Part shown: positions 35,838-47,700 of the stretch, piece after piece
Layout: the number at the start of each line of letters is the position of its first letter
How positions within the stretch are numbered: position 1 is the first letter of the stretch
DNA from: Pristiophorus japonicus
Taxonomy: Eukaryota
DNA: 64,000 nt
Direction: 5' to 3'
NCBI RefSeq assembly: GCF_044704955.1
Contig: NC_091993.1
Location: 67,022,001 to 67,086,000 of the forward strand
Position numbers and translations under genes: made by a program
The notes under the pieces: generated by a model
Told to the model about the DNA's origin: nothing
Database searches by the model: none
Seen by the model: the letters and a program-made list of their open reading frames with translations, nothing else

Positions 35838-36518
35838 AATGTATTGGGGTGAAAAACTAGTGGAAATAGCTTCTACCCCAATTTTCAAGCCATAGAAAAC
35901 ATTTGCCCTGATTTTAGGCCTCAGAAATGCCAGAAAACTTTGGCATTTCAGAGCCATGGTCTTTTCTAGGCTTGTTATTTTCTTTCGGGAAAATTTATCC
36001 TCCAAAATCAAGTAGCATTGAGTCGGGTGGCATCTATAAAATCTGAAACACACCCACTCCCCATTTTATCAGAGGCACAACGGGGGCAGCCAACCAGCCC
36101 TGCTCGCAGGAAGCACTTTGGTCATTTAAATATGATAATGAGGCTGCGTGCTTCAGAATTAACCATCATTTAAATTTAACCCTGGTTGGCCAGGTTTCCC
36201 AATGCTCACGATTGGATCTCCCCCACGAGGCTTCAAATCACCTCCAGCACTGACCCTTCCAATCTCTCCCCCAGCCGAAGCCTCCGATCCCTTCCACCCT
36301 CTTCTCTGTTCCCCGGTTGGGGCCTGGTGCTCAAAGCCACCTACCTGACAGTCAGCAAGCCTCTCAATCTGGTTATTTGGGGCCGGGAAATGGAGACAAA
36401 AAATATTAATCAGATCCTACCGTTAAATTCGACAGGACCTGAGGGAAACCCGTCCTTCCGGGTTTCCCGACTTCAAAACAGCAACCCACACCTCCGAGCT
36501 AATATCCAGTTCTATGTA

Positions 36519-39500
36519 GGGCTAGACTTTCCACTTTTGTGCAGATCGCCCAAGAATGGACGTTATTTCCAGCGTGGACAGTAAATATGGTTTTTGAGAT
36601 CGCTGGATTATCGGCCATTTTCAAAACCCTAACTTTCCATTTTTTAAAATGGGTGTTACCGCAAGCGATCTGAAATGGGCGTTAGCGTAAAATTTATTTT
36701 AACTTCTATCGTAAAGTGTTGTCACTCATAGCAACGGCATGGCAACGCTCGTTTCCGCATTTCCGGAGGTCAGGGGTCATCATTACATGCGCAGAAGAGG
36801 AGACAGAGAGAGAGGGGAACTGAAAGCGGGTGGGTGTGATGTGTGCTTGTTTGGCTGTTTTGGGAGGGAGGAGGGAGATTTTTGACCAACAGAATGAATT
36901 TTGAGCAAAAATTAAGTTGTTTCCACAGAGATATTTGCGGAAATTTGGTTGTTACAATGGAAGGGATGGAGGAGGCGACACAGCACGCTGTGAAGACGGA
37001 TGCTGACAAAAGCAGTGAGCTGGGAGAGGAACAATTGGGAGGATGAAAAAGAGCAAGGAGATTCTTGGATGAGGCAAATGCCTCCCTCCTGCACGAGGTA
37101 GAGTCACACTGGGGTCAATTGACCCTGGGTGGGTGTGGGAAGCCCACCCCAAAGGCCTAACAGAAGATATGGGCTGACATAGCCAAGGTGGTCTCGTCGG
37201 CGACCAACGAGGTTCATGAGGGCAACCAGTGCCGCAAGCGCTGAAACGACCTTGTCGGATCCGCCAGAGTAAGTATTACATTTATTTATATGTACTTATA
37301 TATTTATATAATTTGATTTGTAAGTTTAATGAGTGATTAAAATCAGATGTGATGTCTTGCACTTATACCGGGAATGTTGTACTCATAGTCTGCGTTCACG
37401 GTGTACGACTTTCGGTAAAAAATGATAATTTTCATAATAATCATGATTACACCTGTCGGTTATGTGTTGTATCAGTCTCTGTGACAGTACCTAGCAATGA
37501 TATCATGCAATGATCTCATGCCATGTCTTGCTGGGTTGTTACTTTTACAGAAGAAGCTTTCCAAGAATAGGGCTGAGCAGAGGCGAATGGGTGGTGGGTC
37601 ACCAGTCATCAGCAAGCTGACAGACATCGAGGAGCGGGTGCTGGTACTAGTGGGGAGCCACCCCCGCTCGGCCACGCATGCAGCTGCAGAACCTGATGTG
37701 ATGCCACGTGAGTAAAGTATACACCCACCCATATCCGACCAAGAATATATGATAGATTTTTGATAAAAGTGTTCTCTAAATAATGATGGCCTCATGAGAA
37801 TCATTGCAATGCAAAATTTGGTGATGGCCATGAAATGTGATGTCTGTGATGATTTTGTTGGGATGGTACTTTTGTCGTGCATATGCTGTGTGTAGCGTTG
37901 GAATCACTAGCACGCCCTTCTCCTCTAATAACCTCATTTGTGTTTTGCAGCTCAGCCAGCAGCGCGACCCCAGGCAAGACCACCGAGGCCAGAAGCTGGG
38001 GACGCGGGGCCGGACTCGCCAGATGATCCTCCATCTGGTGTTGAGGAGCACCGATTTTCACCCATGGATCTGCTGGGTCCGTTCTCCACAGATGACAGTG
38101 TGGACTTTGAGGAGCCTGCATCATCAGGCTCCATAACGCATTCCACCCCAAGGCCATCTAGTGCTCCTGCGGCCAATCCCACCTCCACTGTGGAGGTACT
38201 GGGCCTCAGCACCTCGCCACAGGGCACCAGAGGCATCTCCAGGATGGCGCCAATCAAGCGGATGTTGGTTAGATGCGGCAGGTCTGCTCCACAAGTGGCA
38301 GATCTCAGCAGGGACATGGTAGACTTGTCCAGGAGGTGTTGACATAGGTCAGAGGATCCTACAGACAATGGGGGGCATATCCCACCAGCTGGCCAGCATG
38401 TCCGCCACCACGACAGAGTATGTGCCGCGGATGGCGGAGGCCCTGGAGGTGATAGCCAGGAACACTGGTGGCAGAGGCCTTCCAGTGATCCTGGAGTATG
38501 GCACTTCATCCCAAGGTGCTGCACCACCATTGCCAACGACACATGACAGCCAGGAGGAAGATCTTGCTTCTGGCTCGGAGCATGTTCCCACCTTGGGACC
38601 GTCCTCTCCCATATCCGTCCAACCACTGATTCTGCTGTCAACCACCCAATGAAGCAGCGCCTCAGGAACTCCTCAGCCAGGTGGAGTAGAGTCAGGAGGG
38701 AAAGGGGAAGGGGTAGAGGTAGGCAGAAGAAGGGGGTGGCAAGGGGAAGGAAAGTGAGATGCATGGTCTCAGATAGCTGCACCGTTACACACTGGTGATT
38801 CCTTAATATGAAAGGGTATAATTAAACTTAACTTGAATCAACTTAAACTTTAACTGTCACCAAGGTGATGCATGCCATTGATGTATGAGCTGCACACACA
38901 GCAGCGTTTCAGCTTTGTAAATACCAACAACGGTCTTTCAAGCAAAGCGCTCATTTATGAGCTGCTGACATAAGAGTCTTGCACCTATGTAGCCCCCATG
39001 GACCCTTTCCTGTGGTCTAGAGGAGGTCGAGGGCATGGTTTCAGCATCAGCCTGATTGTCTGGCCTGAGGTCAGTGTCCACCTCCTCTTCCTTCTCTTCC
39101 TCTCTCTCCTGAAGTGGACCGTCAGTCCCTTCTGGCAATTCTTGTCTCCTCCAGATAGCCAAGTTGTGTAGCATGGAGCACACCACCACAAATTGAGCTA
39201 CCTGCCTCCTGAGTGGTCCAGGCATCTAAAGCGCTGCGTAAGCACTCCAATGGTTTTCTCGACGATATTGCGAATGGCTCTGTGGCTCTCGTTGTATCGC
39301 TTCTCAGTTTCTGTGTGGGTGTTATGCAGAGGGGGTCATCAGCCAGGTGGTGAGGCCATATCCTTTGTCACCAAGCATCCAGCATTGACCTTGTGGCTGA
39401 CTGGTAAACATGTCAGATACAGTGCTCTCACGCAGGATGTGAGCATCATGGATGCTGCCCGGAAATTTGGCATTCACTGCCATAATTATTTGCTGGTGGT

Positions 39501-40793
39501 CGACAATAAGTTGCACAGTCAGGGAGTGGAATCCCTTTCGGTTCCGAAAAACCTCTACATCCTGAAAAGGTGCCCGCATTGCGATTCGCGTACAGTCTAT
39601 TGCTCCCTGCACCTTCGGGAAGTTAGAAATTTGGTAGAATCCTAGAGCCCTCTCAGTCTGAGCCTCTGTGGTCATAGGGAAGCTGATAAAGTCCATCCTG
39701 CATGCATAAAGGGCCTCAGTGACCTGTCAAATGCAGCAACGTGTGGCATGCTGAGATATAGCGCAAATGTCATCAGCTGAGGCCTGAAAGGAACCTGATG
39801 CGTAGAATGAAAGTGCCGCGGTGACCTTGACCTCGATGGAAAGTGCGGTCCTGATGGTGCTAGCTGGCTACAGATCTCCCCTGATGAGCTGGCATATCTC
39901 ACTGATAACCTCTTTGTGGAAGCGCAGTCTCCTAAGGCAGGTGTTATCGGATAAGTTGAGGTAAGACCGCTTCTCCCTGTTAGTGCGGGGGTGTAAGGTC
40001 TCATCCACCTCACCAGTCTGGCACGTCTTAGATTGGGCACATAATGCTGTCGAATATACCTTCTGCTATCTCTAGTCTGCAGCATGTGCATGGTCATCAA
40101 GACAGGCTGAGAAATGACAGGCTCCATTCCAATAACTATCAGTATTATACCTATTGTTCACAAACAATAAATTGCCCCACTAAGACACCTAAACTAAATT
40201 CCAAGCGTCCACAGTATGATAAGATGTTTGTTCAGATGTTCACATCACTTTAAAAAAACTCCGGAGTACATCAAAACTCCCCAGAAGTTGAAGCAGCCTT
40301 TTAAATGAAGTGACCTGCGATTTACAAAATGGCATTCATACTGCTGTGATTAGTTCAGGTGAGAGCAACATTTCACAGCGTTTTTTTCGGCGAGCGATAT
40401 TTTCGGCAATATGTGTGCGTGGTGCCAAAAGTAACGCTCACCGATATTTTGGCTGTTAGTTTCGGTAAATCTGATCTTCACAATGAAAAAAAGTGGGTGA
40501 GCGGTTTTATTAAATCTCGGCATTAATTAAATGCTGAAAGTAACACTGGGCGATATTATGGGCGTTGGTTTCGCCTATTCTGATCTTTCCGGCAAAAAAA
40601 AGTGGGCGGGCGGTATTATTTTTTATCGGCGTTAAGTACATGCCAAAAGTAACGCTCAGCGATAAGTGACCAAGAAATAAGCGTTAGTTTACATTTTGTG
40701 GCTAAATGGGCGATATGTGAGCGTTATACCTCATTTCAGCGTTAAAATGGACGTTAAGTAGGCAGTATGCAAAAATAATGGAAAGTCTAGCCC
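36519..40793 (+). mobile_element. PIF/Harbinger family B copy 1: three-exon Myb-like gene (+) convergent with a transposase (-, 40127-38938)
   Basis: TIRs gggctagactttcca / tggaaagtctagccc. Myb exons about 37043-37268, 37551-37707, 37951 to about 38757. Transposase GAIDCT, NRKGFHS, PGSIHDA, LGDKGY, CSMLHN. Degenerate; no clean TSD. Confidence 0.93.
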
Positions 40794-40930
40794 CTTGTCT
40801 CTAATTACTATTAAAAACTGTTCATTTTTTTAGTTTGTTACAATTATGCTTGAAAATATATTTAACTGTTTGATGGTTGTTCCTTGTTTATGAAGTATGT
40901 AATATTTACAAGGTATTCTCTAGCTTTTAC

Positions 40931-40993
40931 CTTATTCTCCATTGCCTTTAGTAACTTTTCCTTCTTCTTAACTTCATTTTGTAAATGTTTGGA
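40931..40993 (-). CDS. SYCP1: SYCP1 internal coding exon (63 nt, phase 0-0): SKHLQNEVKKKEKLLKAMENK
   Basis: Acceptor is a T-run ending cAG, donor AAG|GTaaaa. Resembles recalled rodent SYCP1 ARSIECEVLKKEKQMKILESK. Confidence 0.85.
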
Positions 40994-41534
40994 CTGAAAA
41001 AAATTTTACAATATTTTGATACCTGGGACTATCCTTTTTCTCAAATACAAGTTTTTCTCACTTCACACAATTTTCATAATTTTTCAACAGTAGATAAGTA
41101 AGCAACTTCATCTCTTTTTAACAAAACCACTCTAAGTCTTGCTATTACATATTCAAAGCATAAACACACATAAACACAATATGGTTTCTGTGGTTGATTT
41201 TACATGCAATAGAATTTGTTTTTACCAACTAATTTGAAGTGGGCATTCACTCATGATGATCAAATCCTCCTTGCCAAACTCGTGCTCCATTAACATCTGT
41301 GTAGTTCTGCACTCTAATCAGTAGAATTTGATTACATCCATCAGTTTAGTCTTACTTACTCCTATCATACCTTAAAGAATTTAACAGTTTATTAACAACT
41401 AATTCAGTGTGGTTCAGGTAAAAATAGGGGAGGTAAGCACAAATTCTCAGTAGTCCTCACCTCCTTTGGACAGGTGGGCTCTGTATAAACTTAAAAGTTG
41501 CCAACTTTCATGACACCAAGGTTGGGCACAGTTT

Positions 41535-41800
41535 GGTAGTTTCCTCAACCGAGGATTTCCCTCTACCATGGTTGACAGGATCCTCGGCCGTTTCCAATCC
41601 ATTTCCCACACTTCTGCTCTTACTCCTTCCCCTCCCTCCCAGAACCACGAAAGGGTTCCCTGGTCCTCATCTTTCACTCTACCAATCTCCACATTCAACG
41701 GATTATCCTCCACCATTTCCACCAGCGCCAGCGTGATCCCACCACCAAACACATCTTTCCTCCCCTAGCATTCTGAAGGGACCTCCTTTAAGACACTCCT
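41535..41800 (+). mobile_element. Penelope-like retroelement fragment (RT to GIY-YIG linker)
   Basis: FLNRGFP..HERVP-LVLIFH..IQRIILHHF..RDPTTKHIFP..PLAF.RD across frameshifts. Confidence 0.7.
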
Positions 41801-41809
41801 TAAAACCAA

Positions 41810-42405
41810 ATTTCTAGCCAATAAAGTACAAAAGGAGGTTATGTTAAACATTTATATAAAATATTACTGCGGCTGGAGCATTGTGTCCAATTCTGGTCAC
41901 CACACTTTAGGAAGGACGTGAAGGCTTTGAAGAGGGTACAGAAGAGATTTATTAGAATGGTTTCATGGATGAGGGATTACAGTTATGTGGATAGATTCGA
42001 GAAGCTGGAATTGTTCTCATTGGAGCAGAGAAGACTGAGGAGATTTGATCGAAATGTTTAAAATCATTAAGGGTTCCGATAGAGTAAATAAAGAGAAACT
42101 GTTTCCAATGGCTGAAGGGTCGATAACGAGAGTGTACAAATTTAAGATGATTGGCAAAAAAACTATAGGCAACATGAGGAAAAACATTTTTACTTAAAGA
42201 GTGGTTAGGATTTGGTATTCACTGTCTGATAAGGTGGCAATACAGATTCAATCGTAGAATTCAAAAGGGAATTGAATAAATACTTGAAGGAGAAAAATTG
42301 CGGTGATATGAGGAAGGAGCAGGGAGTGGGCTAACTGGATTTCTCTTCAAAAGAGCTGGCACAGACTCGATGGGCCAAATGACCTCCTTCTATGATTCTA
42401 TGATT
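41810..42405 (+). mobile_element. CR1 LINE 3' fragment
   Basis: VQFWSPHFRKDVKAL; ends ttctatgattctatga. Confidence 0.85.
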
Positions 42406-42643
42406 GAAGGAGAATGGCAGCTTCAGGGTGCAAATCACTTAAAGGGATAAAACCCAAGATGATTTTTCCTGACAATTTGTTTAGCTCCCCTCCTGTACTA
42501 TCTCCAAGCTGGACTACAGTTCCATAGATACTAGTCACCCTCTTGACCTCACCCAAATGACCATGTGTGAACCTTGATAGTAAATATTTAAAAGCATCAA
42601 TGGCTATAATCAGATAAACTTGAAAAGATAAATAAAAACTTAC

Positions 42644-42725
42644 ACTTTCTTCTTTTTCTCCAAGTTTACTATCAGTTTCTTGATCTTGTTGTTTTAATGT
42701 CTCGTCTAGAGCCTTAAGTTCTTCT
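42644..42725 (-). CDS. SYCP1: SYCP1 internal coding exon (82 nt, phase 2 to 0): EELKALDETLKQQDQETDSKLGEKEES
   Basis: Acceptor tttgtggtttttatatttAG, donor GTaagt; phase compatible with both neighbours. Resembles recalled NELEYVREELKQKRDEVKCKLDKSEEN. Partly seen in ORF 42398..42742. Confidence 0.83.
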
Positions 42726-42993
42726 CTAAATATAAAAACCACAAACAGTCATAAATGTAAATTTGCTGGTTCAGAATCTAGTGCAAGAAAATTCAGACCC
42801 ACTGGCCACATCTGATGATTAGGTACCCGTTTTGCACCTGAAAAACAGGCGCAGCACCATCAAATTTCTAGGCTATTGTCCCTTGAATTTATTTGTAAAA
42901 ATAAAATATAAACCAGTTGGGAACCTAGCTGTTCTGAATTACTGGTAATTTTTTTAAAGGATTAAACCATTAATTATTCCAATACGATCTTAC

Positions 42994-43064
42994 TTTTGTT
43001 GATTATTTTGTTCTTTTAGTACTTCTATCTCTTTCTTTGCTGATTCTTCTTTATGTTCAACGGT
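42994..43064 (-). CDS. SYCP1: SYCP1 internal coding exon (71 nt, phase 0 to 2): TVEHKEESAKKEIEVLKEQNNQQ(K)
   Basis: Minus-strand acceptor ccattttgtcttttctgcattAG and donor GTaaga; open frame; splices in frame to 42725. Resembles recalled mammalian SYCP1 NNKKQEERMLKQIENLQETETQLR. Confidence 0.8.
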
Positions 43065-43157
43065 CTAATGCAGAAAAGACAAAATGGTATAGAACATGTG
43101 CAACATACAAAATAAGATGATAACACCTTTCAGCAACGAAGCACCTAATATAAAAAA

Positions 43158-43493
43158 AACATAGAAACATAGACATTTACAGCGCAGAAGGAGGCCATTT
43201 CGGCCCATCGTGTCCGCGCCGGCTGACAAAGAGCCACACGGCCCTTGCTCAGCAGCCCCGAAGGTTACATATAAACATAAGAACAATGAATAATAGTGGA
43301 AAGGTAAAGAGCATCCGGCCCAACCAGTCTGCCCCACACAACTGCGACACCCCTTGCACCGCAACATTCTCCACTCCATCCCCAACTGGAGCCATGCGAT
43401 CTCCTGGGAGAGGCAAAAAGCCAGATAAAAACCCAGGCCAATTGGGGAAAAAAATCTGAGAAAATTCCTCTCCAACCCATGCAGGCGATCGAA
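43158..43493 (-). mobile_element. CR1-type LINE 3' UTR fragment about 90 bp upstream of a SYCP1 acceptor
   Basis: aacatagaaacatag tail followed by gaaggaggccatttcggcccatc, similar to other CR1 3' ends in the window. Confidence 0.7.
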
Positions 43494-44210
43494 GATGCAT
43501 TTATATAAAATATAAAATATAACCCAAGGCATTTCACAAGTGGAAAAAACGTATAGAGGGAAGATGAAGGAAACAGGAGTTGGGCAGGAACAACGTAACA
43601 AAGCATCAGGGTGGCCCACGAGTGGATAAAGACAGAGGAAGTGATGGGGAAGGTGAGCCGGAGCCTGAAGCCTGGAGCAGAACAGTGAGGACAGGACGAG
43701 ATCTCATGTGATGTACATGAGTAGCATAAGAAGAGCTAGGGACTGTTGGACATCCTTCAGAATATATATTGGACATCTTAGGGAGTTAAGGGTTAATAGT
43801 CAAATTTCTTTGTATCGTGAAGCAACAGACTTTCCAAGATAAACAGGACAGCTTTGATATGAGACAAAAGCATAAATCAGTAATGGTGACCATGAAACTA
43901 TCCAATTGTCGTAAAAGCCCATCTGGTGCACTAATGCCCTTTAGGGAAGGAAGTCTGCTATCCTAACCTGGTCTGGCCTATATGTGGTTGACACATAACT
44001 GCCTACTGAAATGGCTGAGAAAGAACGGACCATGCGGCATTGATTTTGGTACTGGCTTCAGACATGACAACAGCACACCTAATCCAGTTGAACCTTCCTC
44101 GTTAACATCTGGGGACTTGTGCCAACATTGGGAGAGCTGTCCCATAGACTAGTCAAGCAACAGCCTGACATAGTCATACTTGCAAAATCATACCTGTCAG
44201 CCAATGACCC

Positions 44211-44440
44211 TGTAAGAAAGACTGGTATGAGAGATTCATATATATATTAAATTTGTAGTCATTGACCAACTAATCTTACCTATGATTCTCTGTGGGCATG
44301 GGAATATTAGAAGCTCCTCGAATGTACGCACAACTCAGTATTGACGAGGTTCAAATAACAAGCTAACACGGGCTGCGAGCCAAGGTCACATTATTCTAAT
44401 AACAAAGTAAAAATTGGAGTCGGTCCAATCAAACCTAACA
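44211..44440. mobile_element. Candidate solo LTR
   Basis: 230-bp TG...CA-bounded segment interrupting the L2-like LINE; no convincing TSD. Confidence 0.4.
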
Positions 44441-44707
44441 GTTAGATTCCTCCATCATCATCCCTGGGTATGTCTGGTCCCACCAATGGGATAGACCCAC
44501 CAGAGATGGCGGCACAATAGTATACAATTGGGAGGGAGTGGCCCTGGGAATCCTCAACATTGAATCCGAACCCCATGAAGTCTCATGGCTTCAGGTCAAG
44601 CATGGGCAAGGAAACCTCCTGCTGATTACCATCTACCTCAGCTGATGATTCAGTACTCCACCTGTAAGAAGCACTGAGAGTAGCAAGGGCACAGAATATA
44701 CCAAGAT

Positions 44708-47700
44708 ACATAAGAAACATAACAACATAAGAAATAAGAGCAGGAGGAGGCCATTTGGCCCCTCGAGCCCGCTCCGCCATTCAATAAGATCATGGCTGAT
44801 CTGATCATGGACTCAGCTCCACTACCCTACCCACTCCCCAAACCCTTTACTCCTTTATCGCTCAAAAATCTGTCTATCTCCGCCTCAAATATATTCAATG
44901 ACCCAGCCTCCACAGCTCTCTGGGGCAGAGAATTCCATAGATTTACAACCCTCTGAGAGAAGAAATTTCTCCTCATCTCGCTTTTAAATGGGCGGCCCCT
45001 TATTCTAAGACTATGTCTCCTAGTTTTAGTTTCCTCTATGAGTGGAAATCTCCTCTCTGCATCCACCTTGTCGAGTCCTCTCATTATCTTATATATCAAT
45101 AAGATCACCTCTCATTCTTCAGAACTCCAACCTACTCAACCTATCTTCATAAGTCAATCCCCTCATCTCCGGAATCAACCTAGTGAACCTTCTCTGAACA
45201 GCCTCCAATGCAAGCATATCCTTCCTTAAATACGGAGACCAAAACTGTATGCAGTACTCCAGGTGTGGCCTCATCAATACCTTGTACAGTTGTAGCAGGA
45301 CTTTGCTGCTTTAATATTCTATTCCCCTTGCAATAAAGGCCAACGTTCCATTTGTCTTCCTGATTACTTGCTGTAACTGCATACTAATTTTTTGTGTTTC
45401 ATGCACAAGGACCCCCAGGTCACTCTGTACTGCAGCACTTTGCAATTTTTCTCCATTTAAATTATAATTTGTTTTTTTATTATTTCTGCCAAAGTGGATA
45501 ACCTCACATTTTGCCACATTATACTCCACCTGCCAAATTTTTGCCCACTCACTTACCTTGTCTATGGGCTAGACTTTCCACTTTTTTTGCATGCTTAACA
45601 CCCACTTAACGTCCATTTTACCGCTGAAATGACGTATAACGCCCATATATCGCCCATTTAGCCACAAAATGGGAACTGACGGGCATTTTTCAGAAACTTA
45701 TCGCCAAGCGTTACTTTCTCCATGTGCGTAACGCCAGGAAAAAATAATACCGCCCGCCCACTTGTTTTAGGCGGAATCATCAGAATGGGCGAAATCAACA
45801 CCTATAATACTGCCCAGCATTACTTTCTGCACAGAATTATCGCCGCGATTCAATAATACTGCCCGGCCACGTCTTTTTCTCGTAAAGATCATATTTGCCA
45901 AAACTAGCAGCCAAGAGATCGGCCAGTGTCACTTTCACCACCTCGCACACATGTCGCCCACAATATCGCTCGCCCAAAAAAACGCCCAGAAAAAGTGGAA
46001 CTAACCGCAGTGTTATGGACGCCATGTTCTACATCACATGTCACGTCCTTTAAAAGACTGCTCTGCTTCAACCTCGGGGGAGTTCGGATGTACTATGGAG
46101 GTCGTTGGAGTTGCTGTGAACATCTGTACAAACATCTTGACCATACTGTGACCGATTGGAATTTAATAGATGTCTTCGTCAGGACATTCATTGTTTGTGA
46201 TCAATCAATGGAAAACAGAGCTATTGCAATGGGGCCTATTCTTTCTCACCCTCTCTTGATGACAAATTACATGCTGCAGACTTGAGATGGGCGAAGGTAC
46301 GCTCCACAGCATTATGTGCCCAATATAAGACGTGCCAGACTGATGAGGAGGACCAGACGTTACACCCCCTCCCCCAGCAAGTACAGGGACAAGCGGTCTT
46401 ACCTCGACTTACCCGACACCACCTGCCTTCGGAGACTGCGTTTCCACAAAGAGGTTATCACTGAGGTATGCCAGCTCATAAGGAGAGATCTGCAGCCTGC
46501 CAGGACCATCAGTACTGCACTGTCCATCGAGATCAAAGTCACCGCGGCACTGTCGTTCCAGGCGTCGGGTTCTTTTCAGGCCACAGCTGGCGACGTTTGC
46601 AGACTGTCTCAGCATGCCACACATTGCTGCATTAGACAGGTCACTGAAGCCCTGTATGCATGCAGGAGGGACTTGATCAGCTTCCCTATGACCAGGGAGG
46701 CACAGAGTGAGAGAGTTCTAGGATTCTCCAGAATTGCAAACTTCCCAAGGTGCAGGGAGCTATAGACTGTATGCACATCGCGATGCGGGCACCTTTTTAA
46801 GGGCGCAGAGGTTTTCAGGAATCGCAAGGGATTCCACTCCCTGAATGGCCAACTCGGTGTCGACCACCATCAAATTATAATGGCAGTAAAGCTAAATTTC
46901 CAGGCAGCATCCATGATGCCCGCATCCTGCGTGAGAGCACTGAATCTGACTTGTTTAACAATCAGTCAATGCTGGATGCTTGGTGACAAAGGATATGGCC
47001 TCGCCACCTGGCTGATGACCCCTCTGCGTGACACCCACACCGAAGCCGAGAGGCGATACGAGAACCACAGAACCACTCGCAATATCGTGGAGAAAACCAT
47101 TAGAGTGCTTAAGCAGCGCTTTAGATGCCTGGACCACTCATGAGGCGAACTCCAATACCACCCTGAGCAGGTGGCTCAATTTGTGGTGGTGTGCTCCTTG
47201 CTGCACAACTTGGCTATCAGGAGGGGACAAGAATTGCCTGATGAGTCTGACAGTCCACCTCACCAGAGAGAGGAAGAGGAGGACGAGAAGGCGGACGCTG
47301 ACATCGGCCCAGACAATCGGGCTGACACTGAAGCCATGCCTCTTCCCCCCTCTAGACTGCATGAAAGGACCCGTGGTGGCATGATAGCTGCAAGAGCCTT
47401 ATGTCAGGAACTCATCAATGAGTGCTTTGCCTGAAAGAATGTTGGTGTTATTTACAAGGCTGACACACTGCTGGGTGTGCAGGTCATACATCAATGGTGG
47501 GCATCACCTTGCTGACAGTTAAAGTTTAAGTTGATTGAAGTTAAGTGTAATTATATCCTTTGATGTTAAGGAAGCACCAGCGTGTAACGGTGCAGATATC
47601 TGAGCCAATGTGCAACAAGGTTTTGTTAAATAAAACACGCTTAAACCAAACAGTTGTCTAAAATCATCAGTATTTCTGTAAAAAAACAACCCTTCCCCCC

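Noticed and set aside
35846-36512. Additional MITE between the 35306 MITE and Harbinger B1
   Set aside because: It looks repeat-like, but I could not pair TIRs or find a TSD.
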